Part shown: positions 9,121-17,600 of the stretch, in pieces
Position numbering within the stretch: position 1 is the first letter of the stretch
How the letters are laid out: every line of letters begins with the position of its first letter
Origin: an uncultured Deferribacteres bacterium
GTDB lineage: Bacteria; Zhuqueibacterota; Zhuqueibacteria; Zhuqueibacterales; Geothermadaptataceae
Reading direction: 5' to 3'
Length of the DNA stretch: 24,601 bases
Assembly: GCA_964014485.1 (NCBI GenBank)
Contig: CAXHAT010000120.1
Span: 1 to 24,601 of the forward strand
Program-made: the position numbers and the translations under genes
Notes under the pieces: model-generated
The model's input: only the letters and a program-made list of their open reading frames with translations
The model's database searches: none
What the model was told of the DNA's origin: nothing

Positions 9121-9834
9121 TTATTCGCCGAACAACTGAATTTGATAACTAAATTGACGACCGCCCTTTTCTCCAACTCTCATCATGAAACCTTGTCCTG
9201 AAGTCAGTAAGTCGCCGGAAATCTCGAATTCGAAGGGGACGTCAGATTTCAATGCTTGAGCTTCCCAAGTTCTGAGCTTCTTGCCGTTCGCAACGGAAAA
9301 CAACGTGACGTCGACGGTCATGTCCTTGTCGGGAACAAGCGTCGTCCTTAAAACGGATTTTTCCGTGACCCCGGACGGCCTACTAAAACAGATGGGAAAA
9401 TAAACCTTACCCTTTTGCCCTTCGACTACGCCGCTTAACTCACCAATCGGCAGTTTGATGTCGGTCAAAATCCTGGAAGGCCAGGTAAAATGGTTCCACT
9501 TGGCTCCGAAGGTTTTGATGCGCGGATTCATGAAATATTGCATTTTGAGATTAAAAACGGTGGGTTTTAAGTCGGAAGGAACCGTGGAGTAGAAATGGAT
9601 CGAGATCGAGTCCGCCGCTTCTTCGGCTTTTGATGCGTCTTCAACAAAAACGAGTGAGGACAGTTTTACCTCGCCAGAGACCGGCTTCCAGTTTTTGGTG
9701 CGTACACCTTCAAAACGATTGCGATCCCTCAATTTGTAGAGGTGCTCGCGTTTGATTTGGGCTGCGACGCTGCTCGTGACAACAAGCAAAATGAAAGCGA
9801 CAAAAAATTTGGAGACGAACGTTAATCGTTGCAT
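9121..9834 (-). CDS. Secreted hypothetical protein (beta-rich)
   Basis: Signal peptide ending VAA/QI, purine-rich SD-like AGGAAGGA upstream, tight spacing to both neighbours. No family recognised. Confidence 0.75.
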   Translation of the reverse strand: MQRLTFVSKFFVAFILLVVTSSVAAQIKREHLYKLRDRNRFEGVRTKNWKPVSGEVKLSSLVFVEDASKAEEAADSISIHFYSTVPSDLKPTVFNLKMQYFMNPRIKTFGAKWNHFTWPSRILTDIKLPIGELSGVVEGQKGKVYFPICFSRPSGVTEKSVLRTTLVPDKDMTVDVTLFSVANGKKLRTWEAQALKSDVPFEFEISGDLLTSGQGFMMRVGEKGGRQFSYQIQLFGE

Positions 9835-9872
9835 TTTTCATATCCTTCCTGATTGGTCAATATCATCATCTA

Positions 9873-12800
9873 TTAAAAATCTGAACTCAAACTTACAGGC
9901 TCGGCTTTCTTGTATACCGGCGCTTTTCTCAGCCACTCACGAATGCCCGCCGCAGTCTTCCACTTTCTCACCGCGGCGTCATCTGAACCTGTGAAAACAC
10001 TCAAACCGTCAGGCGAAAACACGGCTGATTGGACGCCTGTTTCGTGGTTAAACGTCATCAGCGTATCCCCCTCGACCGACCAGAGCCGCGCGTTTGCGTC
10101 ATCTGATGCGGTGAGCACATGTCGTCCGTCCTTTGAAAATGTCGCTGACCAGACCCACCCGTCGTGTGAATACGTCGACAGCAATTCGCCGGACAGCGCC
10201 CAGAGACGCGCTGTTGCGTCAAACGACGCGGTCAAAACCGATTTGCCGTCAGGTGAAAAAGCGGCTCGCCAAACGCGATCGTCATGCGGGAAAATTGTCA
10301 GCGAGTCGCCGTCCAGCGTCCAAAGATGAGCGGCGTAATCGCTGGAAGCTGTAAGAACCATCTTGCCGCCCGGCGAGAAAACCGCCGACCAGACTTCGCC
10401 TTCATGCCAAAGCGTCAAAACGGAATCGCCGTTTGTTTTCCATAATCGTGCCGTGAGGTCGTCTGAAGCGGTAAGAACGTACTGGCCGTCGGGTGAAAAA
10501 CGTGCGGAATAGACGGGGCCGTCGTGCTCAAAACTAGCGAGGGAACCGCCGTTTTCCGACCAGCGTTTTGCCGCGCCGTCAAGCGACGCAGTCAAAATTT
10601 CCCGTCCATTTTTCGAAAACGAGACGTCATAGACCGTGCTGTCGTGGTGGAAAGTCGTTAGCAATTTTCCTTCTGACGACCACAGTTTCGCAGTTTTGTC
10701 ACGAGAAGCGGTCAACGCACGGTCGCCGGTCGGAGAAAAAATTACGTCCGTAACGCCGGCGCTGTGTTTGCGCGCTGTGATTAATCCGCCGTCCGCTGCA
10801 TAAATTCGCACTGCGCCGTCGTCGGAGCCGGTAAAAATCTGGCCGTTGTTAGGTGAGATTGCAAGCGATTTAACGCCTGCGTCATGTTCAAAAGTCGGAA
10901 TCACATCAATATTCGTCTGCCACACTCGCGCAGAGCCGTCTTTTGACGCCGTTGCAATCTGACTACCGTCCGCTGAAAAAACAACTTCTAACAGACCATC
11001 GCCATGCGCCAGAGTCGCCGCCAACGCACCGTCGAATGCCCAAAGCCTGGCGGCGCTGTCGCGGGAAGCTGTCGCCAGGAGGCTCTTGTTCTCGGAGAAT
11101 TTTGCTGAAACCGCCGCACTTCCATGTTCAAATACAGCCAATTTTTCCCCGTCGATGGACCAAAGCGCAGCGGTCGAATCTTCGGAAATCGTCAGGACGC
11201 CGCTGCCATCCAGTTGGAAAATCGCTGCGTAAACAGGGCCGTTATGTTGCAATATCCGCTGAAGTTCGCCCGAGGCGTTCCACAATCGCGCTGTTGAATC
11301 GTTTGACGCCGTCAATACGAAATTGCCGTCATTAGAAAACGCGGCTGAATTCGCCGCAGCATCATGGCGGAACAGGCCCAAGCTGTCGCCGGAGATTGAC
11401 CAAAGTCTGACATAGCCGTCTACGCCCGCTGTCAAGATCCGCTCGCCGTCGGGCGAAAAAACGGCGGCGTTGAGAGGCAAAAAGACATGGTGAGTCAGCG
11501 TCAAAGATGCAGGAGAAGAGTTGACGTTTGACCACAAAAGCGCCGCGCCGTTGTCCTGCGCCGTCAAAAGACTGGAGCCGTTCGGCGCAAAAGTCGCCGA
11601 CCTGACGCCTGCTGCGTGCTGGAGAACGTTGATCGAATCGCCGTTTCCCGACCACAATTTCACCGTGGCGTCGTCGGAAGCGGTGGCAATCAACGAGCCG
11701 TCCGGTGAAAAAACGGCCGCATTGACGGCGCTTTCGTGCCGCAAATTTGCCGTCAGGTTTCCGTCCGTCGACCATAATTTTGCAGTTTCATCGCGCGAGG
11801 CCGTCAGGAGTTTGCCGCCATTCGGGGAAAAAACAATGCTGACGATCTCATCATCGTGCAGGAATTCGTTTTGATAAAATAGCCGGGTTTCGGCGAGCGA
11901 ATTGTAGTAAATCTTGAGCAAGGTTTTTTCAGCGGCAGTCGTGGCTGCAAGACCATACGCCGCTTCAGCGACGCGAATAGCTTGCGTTCCGTCGGTTCGG
12001 AATACTTCATCGGCTTGCAACGCCAGCAGGTTGCTTTGCGCTTCTGCGGCTTCCCGGCTAGCAATCTCGCGTTGAGCCGAAGCTTCGCGCCATTGCCAGA
12101 CGGCGAACACCGAAAAAACTGCGATCAACGCCACCAGCCCCAGGCGAATTCGGCGGTTGCGCTGTCGCTCTTGCTCCAGTTGCGCTTTTCTTGCACGGCT
12201 GATTTCGAGGAGTTTTTCTTCATCAACGACAAGCCGCCGCATGCCTTCCTTGCCCTGTTCGACTATTTCCAAGTCCGCTTCATCGAGCCAGACTTCGTTT
12301 TCCTCTTTGTTAAAATCATTGATTTTGTTTTCGAGAACACGGGCCGCGCGCTGGCCGGGCTTGTCGGAATTGCTGTATTGCATGGCGACGATGGGCGCGA
12401 GGGAATCGTGGGTCAGACTGGCGCTGTCGTCGCTTTTTTGTCCGTCGGTGAGCAAGTAAAGTTCTTTGCATTTTCCGATCAAGTCATCGATGATTTCCTG
12501 ACGGTGTCGGTAATTTTTTCGAATCTCTTCTAAATCGCGGCTGCCCGCCGTGCCCAATTTTGTGGTGTGGAAATGCAGTACGTCGAGCGCCAACCCGGAG
12601 TCGACGGCGTCACTGCGCCAGGCGCGCAATTGCTGCATTTGCTGGTTGAAAAACTCGCCCATCGCCACGCCCTCTTTTTTGAGCTTGAGATATTGGTCGA
12701 TCTCAAAATGCGGCGCGGCGTGATTTTTCTTCGTTGCCAGACTCCACAATTTTGTCAGCAGAATTTGCAGAACCGGGGCGACGGGAGAGTCTTTATCCTC

Positions 12801-14408
12801 GATAAGATCATCTGCAATCATTACCGGCAGGTTCTCATCCGTGCTAAGGTTGTAGCGAACCTTGAGCTCGTGCGTCTGCGTCAGACCCCGAAAAATGTCG
12901 AGAATGTCTTTGCGCCGCAATTGCTCCAGAAAAACGGAGGTTCGGGGCAAGCGCCTCGCCCTGAATCCTTCTTCCATTTCCGGGTGATACTCTTTGCGAT
13001 AACCGAGCAATAATTTTCCGAGCGGCCTTTGTTCCGGCGTGCCGAAGACGGATTCAAGGGCGGCCAGGAAATCGTCCAGTTCATTTGGCGCCAGCGCGTT
13101 TGGGCGTGTAAAAACTTCTTCCGCCTGATCGAGAATAACAATCAGCGGCTTGCGCACTTGCAGCTCCACGCGTTTCCAAAGCGTCTCCAGATTGTCGTTT
13201 TGTGATAAATCCGTCGTCTTGAACTTTGGTTCTTCGCTGCGCTGCGTTTTGCGAAGGCGCTCGATCAACGTTTCAATTTCTTCGCGAATTTCGGCGGGAG
13301 CTTCGCTCGCTGCGGCTGCAAGTTGCTCAATTGTCTGCAGGTCGCCAGGGTCGCGCTTGTCGTTTTCGTTCGCTCTTTGCTCCGGCGGGGGCTTGTCATC
13401 TTTTTTTTCCAGTTTTTGTTCAAGAGCGAACGTCAACGATCCGGCCAAGCCTTTTTCTTGCATTCGGCGAACGTAGACGACTTCAAAATCATCTTCCAAT
13501 CGCGGCCTGAGCCCGGCGTCAAACAATGACGATTTGCCCGCACCAGACTGGCCGTAAAGCAGAATAATCGGCGGGGCGTTGCGGTCGCTGATGCGATTGT
13601 AAAGCTCACGTACATAGTACGACCGCCCGAAGAAAATCTCGGCGTGCTCGCGTTCGTAACGTTTGAGGAAAAGAAACGGCGTTTCGGGTAAGTCGTGGGT
13701 TTTGGGGATCGGCGGCAGGCCGAACAAAGGATTTTCAACCGCTTCCGGCAGGTTCCAATCCTTGACGATTTCAGCGCCCTTGCGGTAATAAATCTCCCAA
13801 GGAAAGCGGTCGCTGACCTCGGTTTTACCCTTCCAATGCAAGCCGCGATGGTTGGAGGTTCCCTTTTCGATTCTGACTTGATCGACGGCCTCGTTCCAGG
13901 CGCGATCAATGGTCAAGCCTTCGCCCAAGCCCTTGTAAAAACGAATCGACAAATTGGTGGCGACGCCGTCATCGATTTTCTGTGATGTGCCGACGACCGC
14001 CGGAACGCCCGCTTCGATCAAATCCTGCGCTTGTTGCTGCGAGCAGCAGCCGTTGAGAAAAACCAGTTGCAGACCTTTTTGCTTGGCGAGAAAAGAGACC
14101 AGGCCTTCGCTGTGGGCTGTGGCGTGTTCGCCGGAGAGCGATTCGAGCAGCAATTCATAACTGTCGGCATGGCCACCATAATGCAAAACCGCAATGCGAT
14201 CCTGATACTCCTGAAAAACGTCAAGAATGCTCTCCACCGTGGTGTTGGAACGCTCGACGACTTCGCAAAGCCCCGCCCGTCGCGCTTTTTGCAGCGCCTT
14301 GCGCACGCCGTCCAACTCGACGGGCAGATTGCGCAAATACTCGCCGCCTTCAACGCGGTCTTGCGCAAAGGCGAGGAAGATGACAGGTTTTGCGTTCACT
14401 TCGCTCAT
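9873..14408 (-). CDS. CHAT protease - nSTAND1-type NTPase - transmembrane helix - 16x WD40 (membrane-spanning NLR-like receptor)
   Basis: CHAT dyad LHYGGH80 / VFLNGC121; PF..L..Y......IFFGR; Walker A GQSGAGKS (aa 286-293); Walker B VILDQAEEVFT; winged-helix LTHDSL; basic stretch RRIR then TM LGLVALIAVFSVFAVW; 16 WD40 repeats. Confidence 0.9.
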   Translation of the reverse strand: MSEVNAKPVIFLAFAQDRVEGGEYLRNLPVELDGVRKALQKARRAGLCEVVERSNTTVESILDVFQEYQDRIAVLHYGGHADSYELLLESLSGEHATAHSEGLVSFLAKQKGLQLVFLNGCCSQQQAQDLIEAGVPAVVGTSQKIDDGVATNLSIRFYKGLGEGLTIDRAWNEAVDQVRIEKGTSNHRGLHWKGKTEVSDRFPWEIYYRKGAEIVKDWNLPEAVENPLFGLPPIPKTHDLPETPFLFLKRYEREHAEIFFGRSYYVRELYNRISDRNAPPIILLYGQSGAGKSSLFDAGLRPRLEDDFEVVYVRRMQEKGLAGSLTFALEQKLEKKDDKPPPEQRANENDKRDPGDLQTIEQLAAAASEAPAEIREEIETLIERLRKTQRSEEPKFKTTDLSQNDNLETLWKRVELQVRKPLIVILDQAEEVFTRPNALAPNELDDFLAALESVFGTPEQRPLGKLLLGYRKEYHPEMEEGFRARRLPRTSVFLEQLRRKDILDIFRGLTQTHELKVRYNLSTDENLPVMIADDLIEDKDSPVAPVLQILLTKLWSLATKKNHAAPHFEIDQYLKLKKEGVAMGEFFNQQMQQLRAWRSDAVDSGLALDVLHFHTTKLGTAGSRDLEEIRKNYRHRQEIIDDLIGKCKELYLLTDGQKSDDSASLTHDSLAPIVAMQYSNSDKPGQRAARVLENKINDFNKEENEVWLDEADLEIVEQGKEGMRRLVVDEEKLLEISRARKAQLEQERQRNRRIRLGLVALIAVFSVFAVWQWREASAQREIASREAAEAQSNLLALQADEVFRTDGTQAIRVAEAAYGLAATTAAEKTLLKIYYNSLAETRLFYQNEFLHDDEIVSIVFSPNGGKLLTASRDETAKLWSTDGNLTANLRHESAVNAAVFSPDGSLIATASDDATVKLWSGNGDSINVLQHAAGVRSATFAPNGSSLLTAQDNGAALLWSNVNSSPASLTLTHHVFLPLNAAVFSPDGERILTAGVDGYVRLWSISGDSLGLFRHDAAANSAAFSNDGNFVLTASNDSTARLWNASGELQRILQHNGPVYAAIFQLDGSGVLTISEDSTAALWSIDGEKLAVFEHGSAAVSAKFSENKSLLATASRDSAARLWAFDGALAATLAHGDGLLEVVFSADGSQIATASKDGSARVWQTNIDVIPTFEHDAGVKSLAISPNNGQIFTGSDDGAVRIYAADGGLITARKHSAGVTDVIFSPTGDRALTASRDKTAKLWSSEGKLLTTFHHDSTVYDVSFSKNGREILTASLDGAAKRWSENGGSLASFEHDGPVYSARFSPDGQYVLTASDDLTARLWKTNGDSVLTLWHEGEVWSAVFSPGGKMVLTASSDYAAHLWTLDGDSLTIFPHDDRVWRAAFSPDGKSVLTASFDATARLWALSGELLSTYSHDGWVWSATFSKDGRHVLTASDDANARLWSVEGDTLMTFNHETGVQSAVFSPDGLSVFTGSDDAAVRKWKTAAGIREWLRKAPVYKKAEPVSLSSDF
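9960..11858 (-). repeat. Array of 16 WD40 coding repeats, about 40 aa (120 nt) period
   Basis: Consensus H-x-x-x-V-x-S-A-x-F-S-P-D-G-x-x-x-L-T-A-S-x-D-x-T-A-R-L-W counted 16 times from HDDEI to HETGV. Confidence 0.9.
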
Positions 14409-14439
14409 TTCGAATGATCATTAAGCAATGGTTTGGAGT

Positions 14440-14561
14440 TCGTTCCCAAACTCCGGTTTGGGGATGAAAATGGGCGAGAAACTCCGGTTTCGAACCAAGG
14501 AATTCACTCGAAACTGGAGTTTCGAGTACAATTGCGCTCCCAATCCAGAGATTGGGAGCGA
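14440..14561. repeat. REPIN/MITE-like element of four short hairpins arranged as a nested inverted repeat
   Basis: TCGTTCCCAAACTCCGGTTTGGGGA; GAAACTCCGGTTTC (14478-14491); ACTCGAAACT-GG-AGTTTCGAGT (14506-14527); CGCTCCCAATC-CAGA-GATTGGGAGCG (14535-14560). Outer and inner units are mutually inverted. Confidence 0.85.
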
Positions 14562-14655
14562 GAGTATTGGGCGTCTCGAAATTAGATTGCCAGTAATGAC
14601 TTTGACAATCGGTTGCTGTATTATAGGACTTGGGCGTAACATCAGTCATTGAATG

Positions 14656-17600
14656 TCACTTCGTATTCACCTGCTCAACGCCTTGCCAGTCTTCCGGGAC
14701 GCCCTTAACAACGTATTGCGCGGCGCGCTCCAGATAAAGTTTGGCGGCTTTATCCTTCGGGCTGATTTTCAAGACGTTTTCAAAAGAAACAACGGCGCGG
14801 GCGAATTCTTTTACAAAATAGCTGGCAAGCCCGTTCTCAAAATCTTCCTTGGTTTTAAGCTTCAATGCCAAGACGTCATCGGGATCACCGTCGTAAACTT
14901 CGTAAAGCGATACAAAATCGTCCTTTCCAACGACCTGAATCTTGCCTAAAAACCGCGTATGATAACTGTCACGATCCTTGAGTTCGCGTGAAGCCGCTTC
15001 GCTTATGATAATTGAAACGCCGTATTGTTTGCACAGGCCTTCAATGCGATTGGTCAGATTGACGGCGTCTGAGAAAATATCGCCCTGCAAGCGTTCTTCT
15101 TCCCCGACAATGCCCAGCATCAGTCCGCCCGAGTGCAAACCGACGCCGATCTCAATGGGTTGTTGAGATTTCTTTTCTCGCACCTTGTTGAATTCCTGAA
15201 GCTGGCGCAAAGTCTCCAAGCTGCTTTGCAAAGCGTCATCCACGCTCCGAGGGAAAATCGCCATGATCGCGTCGCCGGTGTAGCGGTCAACGAAGCCGTG
15301 GTTTTTCCTGATTAGCGGACTGACCAGGCTGAAATAAGCGTTAATAAAATTAAAATTTTCAGTCGGCGTCATCTTCTCGGAAATGGTCGTAAAACGACGA
15401 ACGTCAGAGACAAAAATCGCAACGTCCATCTCAACATGATCGCCCAATTTCACGTCGACGATGCTTTCTTTTTGGAGATAACGCAGGAACTCATGCGGCA
15501 CAAATTTGCCCATCGCCGAATTGATTTTGAGCAGATTTAAATGCGTCTTAATACGCGCGAGCAGCTCGTCTTTGGAAAACGGCTTGGCGAGATAATCGTT
15601 GGCGCCGGAAGCCAAGCCTTCAAGCAAATCCTGAACTTGATCCTTCGCAGTCACCATGATCACCGGCATTTCGCTTGCCAAATGTTTCCGGCGAATCTTC
15701 TGGCAGACTTCGTAGCCTGACATTCTCGGCATCATAACGTCGAGCAAAACAAGATCGAAACGTTTGCCTGAGTCAATCAACTTCAACGCTTCTTCCCCGT
15801 CCGCCGCGTGGGTGAAAGCGTAATTTGTTTGCGAAAGATGGTTAGCCAAAACCAATTGGTTGATCGGCTCATCATCCACCAATAGAATGCTAAAATCGCC
15901 ATGCTCGTTCGCCAGAAGAAATTGCTTTTCCAATTTCGCAAGATCGTCGTGCGCAAGCAACTCCCCGGCGTCGCGAACCCTGGCCAGCCGCGATTCTGTG
16001 GTCGGCGCTGCATTTCCCACGGAAACCGGAATGGAAAAGCTGAATGTTGATCCTTCGCCGATTTTGGATTCGAGCCAGATTTCGCCGCCGTGCAATTCCA
16101 CCAACTGTTTTGTCACCGCCAGCCCCAACCCCGTCCCGCCGAAGGCTCTGGCCGTGGAAGCGTCCGCTTGCTCAAAAAATTTGAATATCGTTTCGAATTT
16201 GTCTTCGGGAACGCCGATTCCCGTGTCTTTGACCGCGACTTCAACACGACCGTTTTTTTGAATCGCCGAGACGACGACGGAGCCTTCGTGAGTGAATTTT
16301 ATCGCGTTGCCGACAAGATTATGCAAAATTTGCTGCAGACGGTTCTCATCGCCGTCCGCCGCAGGAATATCCGCTGGAATTTCGTTTTTGAGCGCAACAG
16401 ACTTACCCTTCGTCAGCGGCTCGCTGAGCTTCATGACAACGTCGGTGAGCACGCGTATATCGACGGGCCGCTTGTCGATCTGCAAATCATGGCTTTTCAA
16501 TTTTGAGAAATCCAAAATATCATTCACTAAAGCCGTCAGCCGCCTGCCGGAGGAGGCAACCATTCGCAGATTGGAGCGTGTTTTTACCGGCGGATCGTCT
16601 TCAAAACTGTCAATCAACGACTCGGTGACGCCAAGAATGCCGTTCAGCGGCGTGCGCAATTCATGCGAAGTGTTCGCGAGAAATTCGTCCTTCAGTTTGT
16701 CTACGCGGCGCAGTTCAGCGGTGACTTTTTGCTCTTGCTCCAACTCCCGGCGCTTAAAGCTGAGTTCGCGCGCCTGAGCTTGCGTCCGGAAACGAATATA
16801 TCCCCAAATCGCGCTGATGAATAGAAGCAGATAAAAGGCGTAAGCCCACATCGTGCGCCACCACGGCGGCGTGATAATGAGCGTGAGTTTGGCGCCGTCT
16901 TCGTTCCAAACGCCGTCGTCGTTTGAGCCGCGAACGTTCAAAGTGTAAGAGCCCGGAGAAAGGCTGGTAAAAGTCGCTCGTCGTTCGGTTCCGAGTTGAA
17001 TCCAGTTTTCATTCAAGCCGTCGAGCTTAAAGGCGTACTGATTTTTGAACGTCTTGCGATAATTGAGCGCCGCGAATTCAAAGGTCAGAATTTCATCTTT
17101 GTATGAGAGTGTGATCTCATCGCGATACGCGACGCCTTTTTCATCAATGGCGGTCCCTTCGGCTATGTCTGAGTTGTAGCGCTTGAGTCCGGTAATTTGA
17201 ATTGGGGGAACGTGATGATTGTCGCGAATACTGTCCGGCGAGAATACGTTGAAACCGTTGATTCCGCCAAAGTACATTTTTCCGCTGCGGGTGAGAAGGC
17301 AAGCGTTTGCGTTAAATTCATTGCTTTGCAAACCGTCGCGCGCCTGGTAATTCTTGATTTCTCCAGTTTCAGGATTGAACTTGATAATTCCCAGGTTAGT
17401 GCTCAGCCAGAGATTGCCGTGATCGTCCCCAAGCACGCCGTAGATGACCTCGTTCGGCAAGCCGTCTTTTTTTCGAAATCGCGTGAACGCGCCGGACTCG
17501 CGGTCGAAACGATTCAGCCCGCTGTTGGTGCCGACCCAGAGCACGCCGTCGGGAGTTTCATAAATGCTCCAGACAGAATTGTTGCTCAAGCTCCGGTCGT

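Noticed and set aside
14440..14561. Possible mini CRISPR array
   Set aside because: Units are inverted relative to each other, spacers are short and irregular, and no cas genes are present.
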